Positions 1-7,865 of a stretch of 10,966 nucleotides of DNA are shown piece after piece. The translations under genes and the position numbers were made by a program. The notes beneath the pieces are model-generated. The model ran no database searches and was not told where the DNA came from. It saw nothing but the letters and a program-made list of their open reading frames with translations. Numbering within the stretch: the stretch's first letter is position 1; each line of letters begins with the position of its first letter. This stretch comes from Nitrospinota bacterium (GTDB lineage Bacteria; UBA8248), in NCBI GenBank assembly GCA_030754595.1, contig JASLZZ010000058.1, positions 1-10,966 on the forward strand, read 5' to 3'.

Positions 1-253
1 ATGGGGCCGATATATGAGGCTCTCCCAGGCCGAGAAGATGGAGATCATTCGTATCGTCGAAGGCTCCCATCTCTCGGTAAGGCGGACCCTTCGCGAGCTC
101 GGGGTGGGTCGCAGCACGTTCTATGGCTGGTACCAGCGCTATCTGGAGAGCGGTTATGACGGTCTGGCACCGGCAAGGTGCGCCCCGCGGCGGTTCTGGA
201 ACCGGATCCCGGACGATGTGCGCGAGCGGGTGGTGGAGATTGCCCTTGAGAGA
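1..253 (+). mobile_element. IS3-family transposase remnant (end of orfA / N-terminal HTH part of orfB), truncated
   Basis: Frame from 14 reads (WGRY)MRLSQAEKMEIIRIVEGSHLSVRRTLRELGVGRSTFYGWYQRY...RFWNRIPDDVRERVVEIALER, the typical start of orfB in frameshifting IS3-type elements. An upstream frame ends in TGA 15-17 overlapping ATG 14-16. Resemblance stops at ~253 and there is no DDE domain. Confidence 0.8.
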
Positions 254-404
254 GCAGGATCTCCGCCTCTCTTAGCTTGGATATAATCTGCTCGGGTGTA
301 TGGCGCTTCTTGCTCATCTAAATCCCCCTGGATTGGGCGGTCACACCAAAAGAGTATCGAAAATTCTCTCATTCAGCATGGACCGGTTTGGAGGGGGAAG
401 ATCA
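237..404 (-). mobile_element. Second IS3-family (IS407-like) element remnant: left terminal IR plus first ~27 codons of orfA
   Basis: ATG at 317 gives MSKKRHTPEQIISKLREAEILLSQGQS, a classic IS3 orfA start, with a GGGGGA RBS. Minus-strand sequence from 404, TGATCTTCCCCCTCCAAACCGGTCCA, resembles an IS3 5'-TG terminal IR. Confidence 0.8.
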
Positions 405-505
405 CGTCCAACCTCCCGCCGCCAAGGAGAAAACTCCCAACCCGCCGAACAATCCCCCGCCGGGGAGCGAATCAACGATTTCAACTTACTTCAAAGGGGC
501 TCATT

Positions 506-1792
506 ATGGCCGTTGACAGCAAGCACAACGAAACAATCGTTCTCCACGCGGGGTTCCGTAGCGACAGCGCCACCAACGCCGTCGCCGTTCCCATATACCA
601 GACCTCTTCCTATCAGTTCGACAGCACTGAGCACGCCGCGAACCTTTTCGGCCTCAAGGATTTCGGAAATATCTACACCCGGATCATGAACCCGGATGTA
701 CTCGAGAAGCGCCTCGCCGCGCTGGAGGGGGGCGTGGCCGCCCTCGCCGTCTCCTCGGGCCAGTCCGCCTCGTTGATAGCGGTCCAGAACGTCGCCCGCG
801 CCGGAGACAATATCGTCAGCTCGACCGACCTCTACGGCGGCACATGGAACCTCTTCGCCAATCAGCTCGAGCAGATTGGCATCGAGTGCCGCTTCGTCGA
901 TCCTGAGGACCCCGAAAGTTTCAGGAAGGCCTCCGACGAGAAGACCCGCGCCTACTACGCCGAGACGCTTCCCAACCCCAAGCTCCACGTCTTTCCGATC
1001 AAGGAGGTCTCGGACATCGGCCGCGAGATGGGGATTCCCCTCATCATCGACAACACGGCGGCCCACGGCCTCTGCAAGCCCTTCTAGCACGGCGCCGCCG
1101 TCATCGCCTCCTCGTGCACGAAGTACATCGGCGGCCACGGAAACTCGATCGGCGGAATCATCATCGACGGCGGTAACTTCGACTGGAAGGCCCATCCCGA
1201 ACGCCAGCCCTACCTCAACCAGCCCGACCCGAGCTATCACGGCGCCGTCTGGACGGAGGCGACCGAGCCTCTCGGACCCGTCGCCTACATCATCAAGGCG
1301 CGCGTCACGCTGCTCCGCGACGAGGGCTCGGCGATGAGCCCGTTCAACGCCTTTCTCTTCCTCCAGGGGCTCGAATCCCTTCCCCTGCGGATGGAGCGGC
1401 ACTGCGCGAACGCCAACGAGGTGGCCTCCTTCCTCAGGGATCATCCCAAGGTGACCAATTTCATCCACCCGAGCCTGATGGACGGCGAGTTCCGCCGCCG
1501 GGCGGACACTTATCTCTCGGGCGGCTACGGCGGCCTCGTCGGCATCGAACTCAAGGGCGGCCTCGACGCCGGACAGAATTTCATCAACGCGCTCGAGATG
1601 CTCTACCATGTGGCCAACATCGGCGATTCGCGCAGCCTGGCAATACATCCGGCCAGCACGACCCACTCCCAGCTCTCGGCCGAGGAGCAGGAGGCCACCG
1701 GCGTGACGGCGGGCTATGTCCGCCTCTCCATCGGTGTCGAACACATCGACGACATCAAGGCGGACCTCAGCCAGGCGCTCGACGCCGCCTGA
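506..1792 (+). pseudogene. metY: O-acetylhomoserine aminocarboxypropyltransferase/sulfhydrylase (PLP, Cys/Met metabolism), 428 codons, interrupted by in-frame TAG at 1085-1087
   Basis: ATG 506 follows AAAGGGG. Motifs AVPIYQTSSY, GNIYTRIMNP, AALEGG, LYGGT, IDNT. The same frame continues past TAG (codon 194) as HGAAVIASSCTKYIGGHG (PLP Lys at 1121-1123), PDPSYHG, LLRD, HVANIGDSRSLAIHPASTTHSQL, RLSIGVEHIDDI to TGA 1790-1792. Confidence 0.92.
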
Positions 1793-1880
1793 GGCGGGGG
1801 AGCGGATAATATCGCTAAACCAAAGGGTTTTCGCCGTGGGCCGCCGGCACCGATTTTCCGGTTGTGAATGGGGCGATCTT

Positions 1881-1895
1881 TCGCTAACTTAGCGA
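1881..1895. promoter_or_regulatory. Perfect dyad TCGCTAA-C-TTAGCGA, candidate operator upstream of the DHH gene
   Basis: 7-bp perfect inverted repeat with a 1-nt centre in the 1793-1984 intergenic region. An extra TCGCTAA half-site lies at 1812-1818. Confidence 0.35.
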
Positions 1896-1984
1896 TCAAG
1901 CGGATTGAACAAGGAAACTGGCCGTTTCGATTTTATGACTTTCGGATCACGCCGTTCCGATAACGGGTGGAGGAGCAAGAGAAA

Positions 1985-2908
1985 ATGGCAGACAAATATA
2001 GCCTCGTAACGAGAAGTAACTTCGACGGCCTGGTCTGCGGCGCGCTACTCAAAAGCCTGAACATGATCGATGAAGTGACGTTCGTCCACCCCAAGGACAT
2101 GCAGGACGGCAAGGTCGATATCACGAACCGCGACATCACCACCAACCTTCCCTACGTGGAGAGCGCCTACCTCGCCTTCGACCACCATATCAGCGAGGTC
2201 GAACGCGTCGGCACAAAGGACAACTACGTCACCGACCCGGACGCCGCCTCCTGCGCGGGCGTCGTCTTCGAGTATTTCGGCGAGGACAAGTTCCCGAAGA
2301 TCGACGAGGACATGATGTGGGCCGTGGACAAGGTGGACTCGGGGAATTTCTAGCAGTCCGACGTCCTCCAGCCCGAGGGCTGGGTGCTTCTCAGCTCCAT
2401 CATGGACGCGCGCACCGGCCTCGACCGCTTCATGGATTTCAAGATCTCCAACTACGACCTGATGATGTTGCTCATGGACAAGTGCGTCGAGGTCTCGCTC
2501 GACGAAGTTCCCAAGCTCCCCGACGTCACCGAGCGGACCGACCTGTATTTCGAGCAAGAAGAAAAGTTCAAGACCCAGCTCAAGAAATGCACCAAGATTT
2601 ACGGCAACCTCATTTTCACCGACCTCAAGAACGAGGACCCCATCTTCGCGGGCAACCGCTTCATGGTCTACGCCCTCAACCCCGACCAGAACATCTCGAT
2701 CCACGCGATCTGGGGCCGCGACAAGCAAAACACCGTATTCGCCATCGGAAAATCCATCGTCAACCTCAGCTCGAACACCAACGTCGGAGAACTCTGCCTG
2801 AAATACGGGGGCGGCGGCCACGAGGCGGCCGGCACCTGCCAGGTGGACAACGACAAGTCCCAGGCGATTCTCAAGGAGATCGTCCAGAAGATTAACGCCG
2901 ACGACTGA
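1985..2908 (+). pseudogene. DHH/DHHA1 phosphoesterase ('exopolyphosphatase-like', nanoRNase/pAp phosphatase superfamily), 307 codons, interrupted by in-frame TAG at 2351-2353
   Basis: ATG 1985 follows GGAGGAG. Motifs LVTRSNFDGLVC, FVHPKDMQDG, FDHH (DHH at 2180-2188). The frame continues past TAG (codon 123) as QSDVLQPEGWVLL..MDARTGL, GNRF, YGGGGHEAAGTCQ to TGA 2906-2908. Confidence 0.88.
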
Positions 2909-2967
2909 ACCGGAACGGACCCAAAAAGGGCCGCCCTCTTATTATCCACCCGCTCCGGACCTGAAAC

Positions 2968-4131
2968 CTAGACGGCCCTATCGACTTTCTCCCTGATCCA
3001 CTTGAACGATTCGGGCGCCCATTCCGCGAAATACTTGAAGGCGCAGTGCCCGTCGTCTGGGTAGATGCGGGCCTCGCGCCCGAGGACGGGGCCGTGCTCG
3101 AGCATGTAGTAAATATTTCCGATCGGCGAGAGGTGGTCCTGCTTGCCGTTTATCATCAGGAGCGGGCAGACGATCTTGTCCACGACGCCGATCTCGCTGA
3201 GCGCCCAGCGCTTGAAGGCCTCCTCCTCCTTCCCGGCCGTGGTGGGCGGGAAGCTGGGCCCGTCCCCCGGCGCTCCGAAAACAAAGGCGGCCCGGCGGTT
3301 TCGCATCTCGACGAAGTGGTTCAGCTCCTCCTCGCTCATCCGGTAGCCGTAGGGGTGGCCCGCGCTGGCGACGGCGCAGCGCACCCGCTCCGGGTAGGAG
3401 CCCGCCAGGAGCATGACGGAGTGCCCGCCCCGGCTGATGCCGAATGCGCCGATTCGCCTCTCGTCCACCTCGGGCCGCGCCGCGAGGTAATCGATCGCCG
3501 CCATCCAGGCCTTCACCGACTCGGGCTCGTGGGGAAACGGGTTCTCCCCCGTCCCGGGACCGTCCATCACAAGCGAGGCCAGGCCGTTGTCCATCGCCAT
3601 CTCGCCCGCCCAGCCCCGGTCTTCCTTGAACATATCGCCGCCGCACATGATCAACACGGCTGGGGCCGGGCTGTCCGGGCCCGCCCCTGCCGGCGCCCGG
3701 AAGTGAGAGACGATGGACTTCCCTTCGCACTCGGCGCTGACTCTCTCGAGGGGCGGGTCGAGGACCTCTGAGGCCCGGAGATAGGCCCGGATGCAGTCCC
3801 GGTCGACCTCCTCCTTGAGCGGGGTCAGGGACCGCGGAAACCGGGCGATGCTGTAGAAAGTCTTGGCCTGAAGGAATTTGGCCCGCGCGCCCGCCCCGTC
3901 CCCCCTCGCGGCGAGGGCCTCGGCCTCGGTCTCGAATTTTCGCCCCAGCCCTCGCCAGGGCGGGACCCAAAGATCGTCGGTCGTCCCCTCGAGGGAGGCC
4001 ACCGTGTCCTTGAGAAGCTGGATGTCGTCGATCATGTAAAACCACCGCCGGTAGAAGCCACCGTGCTCGACCACGAAGGGGTCCTCGCTCGGGGCGAGCG
4101 GCAGCGAATCGAGTAGCGTGGAATCGCCCAT
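2968..4131 (-). CDS. Alpha/beta hydrolase (FrsA / 2,6-dihydroxypseudooxynicotine hydrolase / Ayg1-like), 387 aa
   Basis: GGAG RBS. Motifs PAVLIMCGGDMFKED, DGPGTGE, nucleophile elbow GISRGG, acid in NGKQD, His in DDGHCA, giving an intact Ser-Asp-His triad. Ends at TAG. Confidence 0.85.
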   Translation of the reverse strand: MGDSTLLDSLPLAPSEDPFVVEHGGFYRRWFYMIDDIQLLKDTVASLEGTTDDLWVPPWRGLGRKFETEAEALAARGDGAGARAKFLQAKTFYSIARFPRSLTPLKEEVDRDCIRAYLRASEVLDPPLERVSAECEGKSIVSHFRAPAGAGPDSPAPAVLIMCGGDMFKEDRGWAGEMAMDNGLASLVMDGPGTGENPFPHEPESVKAWMAAIDYLAARPEVDERRIGAFGISRGGHSVMLLAGSYPERVRCAVASAGHPYGYRMSEEELNHFVEMRNRRAAFVFGAPGDGPSFPPTTAGKEEEAFKRWALSEIGVVDKIVCPLLMINGKQDHLSPIGNIYYMLEHGPVLGREARIYPDDGHCAFKYFAEWAPESFKWIREKVDRAV

Positions 4132-4213
4132 GTCTCGTATCTCCCGTAACCGGCTCCGCTATTCCCCGCAATCGGCTCCGCCCGGCGGGCTGCGGAAGAA
4201 ACCAAAAAAAACC

Positions 4214-4254
4214 TGAAATTTCATATGTCGAAATTGATTTTCAATATATCGAAT
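4214..4254. promoter_or_regulatory. Tandem operator-like dyads in the divergent promoter region between the hydrolase and SRPBCC genes
   Basis: AT-rich patch in GC-rich DNA. AATTTC-N7-GAAATT at 4217-4235 and a related TTCAATATATCGAA at 4240-4253. Palindrome TGAAATTTCA at 4214-4223. Confidence 0.55.
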
Positions 4255-4379
4255 TTAATTTAAACTCTCAAAACACCGGACAGGCCAGGCTCGGCCCAGG
4301 CGCCCCCGGCAGGTGTGCCCCGGCCTGGAAAGGCCCCGCGTGGATGCACCCCGCGCCTTCGGAAGAAAGGAGCCTCTCA

Positions 4380-4796
4380 ATGCCTCCCGTCGCCGTCATC
4401 GAAAAAATCCGTGCGCCCATCGAAAAGGTTTTCGACTATATCGCCCATCTGGAAACGCACCCGCGGATCGCCGACTTTTGCCGCGAGGTGAAAATTGTCT
4501 CCGAGAAAAAATCCGGCGTGGGCACGCGCTTCCATCAGGTGTACGCCAACGGGGACGAGCACGACTCGGAAATCGTGGTGTGGGAGCGGCCCACGAAGAT
4601 CGCCTGGCGGAATTTCGAGGGAGGCTCGAGCGAGCCGATACAGATGATTTCCTACTATTTCGAGCAGGAAGGCGACATCACCCATGTGCTGCACACTGTG
4701 GAGCATGATGCCTACGAAAATCAGGCGCTCCACCGCGACGGCACAGAGCGCAACATCCGCGAGCTCGAAAACCTGAAAAACATTCTCGAGGCCTGA
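4380..4796 (+). CDS. SRPBCC (polyketide cyclase/dehydrase, START-like) family protein, 138 aa
   Basis: AAAGGAG RBS before ATG 4380. Pattern IRAPIEKVFDYIA..P, GVGTRF, EIVVWERPTKIAW, C-terminal helix ELENLKNILEA. Confidence 0.85.
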   Translation: MPPVAVIEKIRAPIEKVFDYIAHLETHPRIADFCREVKIVSEKKSGVGTRFHQVYANGDEHDSEIVVWERPTKIAWRNFEGGSSEPIQMISYYFEQEGDITHVLHTVEHDAYENQALHRDGTERNIRELENLKNILEA

Positions 4797-4803
4797 AAGT
4801 GAC

Positions 4804-4860
4804 CCGTGCGGGGCGCCCCGCCGTGCGGGCCGCTCTACTCCGCACCCGCCGTGCGGGCCG
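4804..4860. repeat. 16-bp direct repeat CCCGCCGTGCGGGCCG x2 plus a partial copy, each full unit a mini-hairpin
   Basis: Exact copies at 4817-4832 and 4845-4860, partial CCGTGCGGG at 4804-4812. CCCGC/GCGGG are complementary. Located at the convergent SRPBCC/ferredoxin junction. Confidence 0.7.
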
Positions 4861-5101
4861 GACCCATGCCCATGTACACCCCGGGCGGGGTGGTGCAGTT
4901 CACCATCTGGGGCGGGAAGATCACCCGCACGGCGTCCACCGGACAGCGGTCCTCGCAAATCCCGCAGTACCAGCACTCCTCCGGGTATTTCACCTCGGCG
5001 GGCCTCTCCTTCTCCTCCCGGTAGATGATGTCCCCGGGACAGAAAAAATCGCAGATCGTGCAGCCGTCGAGACAAGTTTTCTCGTCAATCAGAATCGGCA
5101 T
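4835..5101 (-). CDS. 2x[4Fe-4S] ferredoxin, AprB/AsfB-like, 88 aa
   Basis: CLDGCTICDFFCP and ECWYCGICEDRCP. The start overlaps the end of the flavoprotein gene by 17 bp, with a GGAGGG RBS. Confidence 0.9.
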   Translation of the reverse strand: MPILIDEKTCLDGCTICDFFCPGDIIYREEKERPAEVKYPEECWYCGICEDRCPVDAVRVIFPPQMVNCTTPPGVYMGMGPARTAGAE

Positions 5102-6881
5102 CGGCCCTCCCGCCTTTCACCGGCTCGGGCGCGGGAGTGACTTCCACGCCCAGGCCCGACGGCTCGGAGCTCACCCGGAGGGCGCCCGAGTCTCGGTCGG
5201 CCTCTACCATGATGGTCCGGGGGCCGCCCTCGTCGTCCCGCTCCGGGTAGTCCAGCCGGACATGGGCGCCGCCGCCCCGCGTCTCGCGCCGCTCGAGCGC
5301 GCAGGCCGCGATGGTCTCGGCCACCGTCCGGAGGTTTTTCGCCTCGTGGAGGCGCATCAGGTCGTGATAGTTTTCGGCCCGGATGCCGCCCTCGCGCTCC
5401 TTGAGGCCGACCAGCCGTCTCATCGCCTCCTTGAGGCGCGGCTCGTCGCGGCGGAAGCCGATGCTCCCGGTCACGATCTCGCGCACCTCGTCCTCAAAAC
5501 CGTGCGGGGAAAGGCCCTCCTCCAGGTTCATCGGGCGAATCAGCTCCTCGCGGATTCTCTCGATCTCCTCCCGGCCTATCGGCCGGGGCCTCGGGCGGGA
5601 GAGCGCGTGGCGGGCGGCGCCTCCCCCGGCGATGTGGCCCATCACCGTCGCCCCTGAGATGCCGTTGCTCACGGTCGAGCAATCGCCCGCCGCGAACAGG
5701 CCGGGCACGCTGCTCAGGCAATCCGGATCGATCCGCACCCCCGCCCGGCGGAACACCACCCCTCCGCCCCGGCTCGACATCTCGCTGACGGTAATCTCGA
5801 GAAGACCCCTGGCGATATCGATTCCCTTCTGCTCGAAAAACGTGGGCATCGCCGGGCGGTCCACACCGAGGGTGCCCTTGAGGCGGTTCACGTCCTCCTC
5901 GGGGAGGTGGCGGCAGTCGATGTAGATCGGCCCCCTGCCCTCGGCCGTCTCGATGAGCACCCCGTTGATCAGATCGATCCGCCGGCCCTGCTCCCCGGCG
6001 GGGTGGTACTTGAACATGAACCGCTCGCCAGAGGCGTTGACGAGATAGGCGCCCGCGCCGACAAAACCGTTCGTCCCCTGGGTGGAGTAGCCCTTCGGCG
6101 TGATGGTCGCGTCGGTGAACTCCATGTTGGCGAGCCGGGCGCCGAGGGCCAGCGCCATCGCCTGCCCGTCGCCGGTGTTATAGGGGATGTGCCAGCTGTC
6201 GAACGGATGACCCGAGGCGTTCCTGCCGAGGCGGTTCGTCTCCCCCGTCGCGAGGACCACCGCCCGCGCCAGCACGACGTAGACCGTGCCGTGCCGGATG
6301 TTGAAGGCGACGCATCCCTTCGGCGCGCCGTCCTCCATGAGGATATCCGCCACCATCACCCGCTCGAGCGTCCGCGCCCCGGTCCCTCGCGCGGCCTGGC
6401 CGATGATCTGCTTGAAATTGTTGCCGTCGAACTCGATGGTGTACTCGCCGGGGAGGCCGAACGAGCGGTGCCGGAGATAGCACCGATCCGGCGCGGCGGG
6501 GTTCCCGAAATCCACCCCCATTCCCTCGAGCCGAGCCACCATGCCCTTGATGCCGCGGAGGAAGCGGGCACAGACGCCGATGTCGGTGACGCCCTCGGTG
6601 ATCCGGGGGATGTGGCGGAGGAGATACTCGGGCGTGTCCCACTCGGGGCCCTCCTCGAGGACGGCGAAGAAATGATCCACCCCGCCGGCGATGCTGCCGC
6701 TCCGCTCGATGATGCCGCCCTTTTCGCAGATGACGCACTTCGCCCCTGCCTCGGCCGCTCCGATGGCGGCGAGACACCCCGCCACACCGCCGCCGATGAT
6801 CAGCACATCGGTTTCGATGATCTGGATATTGTCATCCGGCGCCCGCAGGCGCGCCGATGGGCTGCTCGGCGGATGATTCAT
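5085..6881 (-). CDS. FAD-dependent oxidoreductase, succinate dehydrogenase/fumarate reductase/APS reductase alpha-like flavoprotein, 598 aa
   Basis: AGGAGG RBS. ETDVLIIGGGVAGCLAA (FAD fold), EKG..ERSG, VVLATG, NTGDG, GLFAAGD, C-terminal ALERRETRG..H.RLDYPERDD. Confidence 0.9.
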   Translation of the reverse strand: MNHPPSSPSARLRAPDDNIQIIETDVLIIGGGVAGCLAAIGAAEAGAKCVICEKGGIIERSGSIAGGVDHFFAVLEEGPEWDTPEYLLRHIPRITEGVTDIGVCARFLRGIKGMVARLEGMGVDFGNPAAPDRCYLRHRSFGLPGEYTIEFDGNNFKQIIGQAARGTGARTLERVMVADILMEDGAPKGCVAFNIRHGTVYVVLARAVVLATGETNRLGRNASGHPFDSWHIPYNTGDGQAMALALGARLANMEFTDATITPKGYSTQGTNGFVGAGAYLVNASGERFMFKYHPAGEQGRRIDLINGVLIETAEGRGPIYIDCRHLPEEDVNRLKGTLGVDRPAMPTFFEQKGIDIARGLLEITVSEMSSRGGGVVFRRAGVRIDPDCLSSVPGLFAAGDCSTVSNGISGATVMGHIAGGGAARHALSRPRPRPIGREEIERIREELIRPMNLEEGLSPHGFEDEVREIVTGSIGFRRDEPRLKEAMRRLVGLKEREGGIRAENYHDLMRLHEAKNLRTVAETIAACALERRETRGGGAHVRLDYPERDDEGGPRTIMVEADRDSGALRVSSEPSGLGVEVTPAPEPVKGGRADADSD

Positions 6882-7074
6882 AGGGCCTCCTCTCAGAGCG
6901 CCGCGAATTTCCCGGCATCAACCCACCGGTCAACCGCGGACTTTGTTTAAATTCCCCCGCCAATATACTTCCGAACCGAAAACCTTATCCATCCCCTGGC
7001 TGTGGGGCATTCCTCCGGAATACCACCTTCCTAGCAGGATCTCCCCGGGCGGAGACCTTAAGCCTCGAGGAGAC

Positions 7075-7824
7075 CTAAATCTCGAAATACGCCTTGATCC
7101 GTTCGGCGGCGTTTCGGGCGGTCCCCTCGACGACCTCCTCGACCCGCTCGGGCGAGGTGTCGCTGATATCGCCGTACCACCCCGAGGCGTACATGGTCTT
7201 CACGTCCCGGGGGATGTAGTAGACCGCCGGGTCGCGGCGGAGTCGGTCCTGGGCCTCGCCGCGGCCCTGGGGCGAGGGATCGTCGGCCAAGTCGAGGTGG
7301 ACGAGCTCGGGCCTGTCGGCCAGGACGGGGAGCACCTCGAGCTCGCCGCCGTGGGTGAGGCCCACCTTCTGGCCGTAATTCTCCTTGGCGATGAAGTGGG
7401 CGTGGACGATGAGCACGCGCGCGCCCTCGCACTCGTTCTGAGTGCGCTCGGCGGCGATCTCGACGGCGGGCAGGTTCCTCTCGTGCCAGTTGTAGTAGAC
7501 GAAATTCCGCGCGCCGTGGTGGTGGAGGCTGCCGCACACGTCCATGAAGACCGAGATCATCGTCTCCGCCCGGAGGGAGATTGTCCCCGGAAAACCCATG
7601 TGGAGCGGAGTCACCCCGAAGGGAATGAAATCCACCAAAAGCCCGCCCGTGAGCGAGGCCGTGCGCCGGGCGAGGGCCTCGGCGGCATAATAATCCGTCC
7701 CCATCGGCAGGTGCTTGCCGTGCTGCTCGACGCTTCCGATGGGGATGATCGCAAGGTTCACCTCCCGGAGCGCCTTGGCCGTCTCGGGGCTCGACATCTC
7801 CATCAGGCTGCGGGCTCGTTCCAT
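7075..7824 (-). CDS. Creatininase/MftE-family metal-dependent amidohydrolase, 249 aa
   Basis: AAGGAG RBS. PIGSVEQHGKHLPMGTD, HMGFPGTISL, NWHERN, HGGELE, SGWYGD. Metal ligands are retained. Confidence 0.9.
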   Translation of the reverse strand: MERARSLMEMSSPETAKALREVNLAIIPIGSVEQHGKHLPMGTDYYAAEALARRTASLTGGLLVDFIPFGVTPLHMGFPGTISLRAETMISVFMDVCGSLHHHGARNFVYYNWHERNLPAVEIAAERTQNECEGARVLIVHAHFIAKENYGQKVGLTHGGELEVLPVLADRPELVHLDLADDPSPQGRGEAQDRLRRDPAVYYIPRDVKTMYASGWYGDISDTSPERVEEVVEGTARNAAERIKAYFEI

Positions 7825-7865
7825 TTAATAATCTCCTTCGCGGAAAATAAAATTCGCGGAATCGG

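Noticed and set aside
296..505. 70-aa N-terminal extension of metY in the ORF track
   Set aside because: It runs through the IS3 remnant. Homology and the RBS point to ATG 506.
405..505. SAM riboswitch upstream of metY
   Set aside because: No SAM-I, SAM-II or SAM-SAH core motif is recognisable, only a short hairpin around CCCCGCCGGGG.
491..1744. 417-aa antisense ORF, and similar long ORFs at 2045-2821, 2978-4171, 5907-6950 and 6943-7920
   Set aside because: Shadow frames of GC-rich real genes with no recognisable motifs.
4835..6881. True aprAB or sdhAB/frdAB
   Set aside because: The ferredoxin lacks the AprB CWECYSC motif and long tail and is not SdhB-like. No supporting pathway genes are present, so no symbol was assigned.
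6962..6991. Possible sigma70 promoter for the flavoprotein (TGGATA-N18-TATATT, minus strand)
   Set aside because: Weak -35 match that could be chance.
7051..7076. Direct repeat GGAGACCT x2 at the creatininase stop
   Set aside because: Only 8 bp and two copies, compatible with chance.
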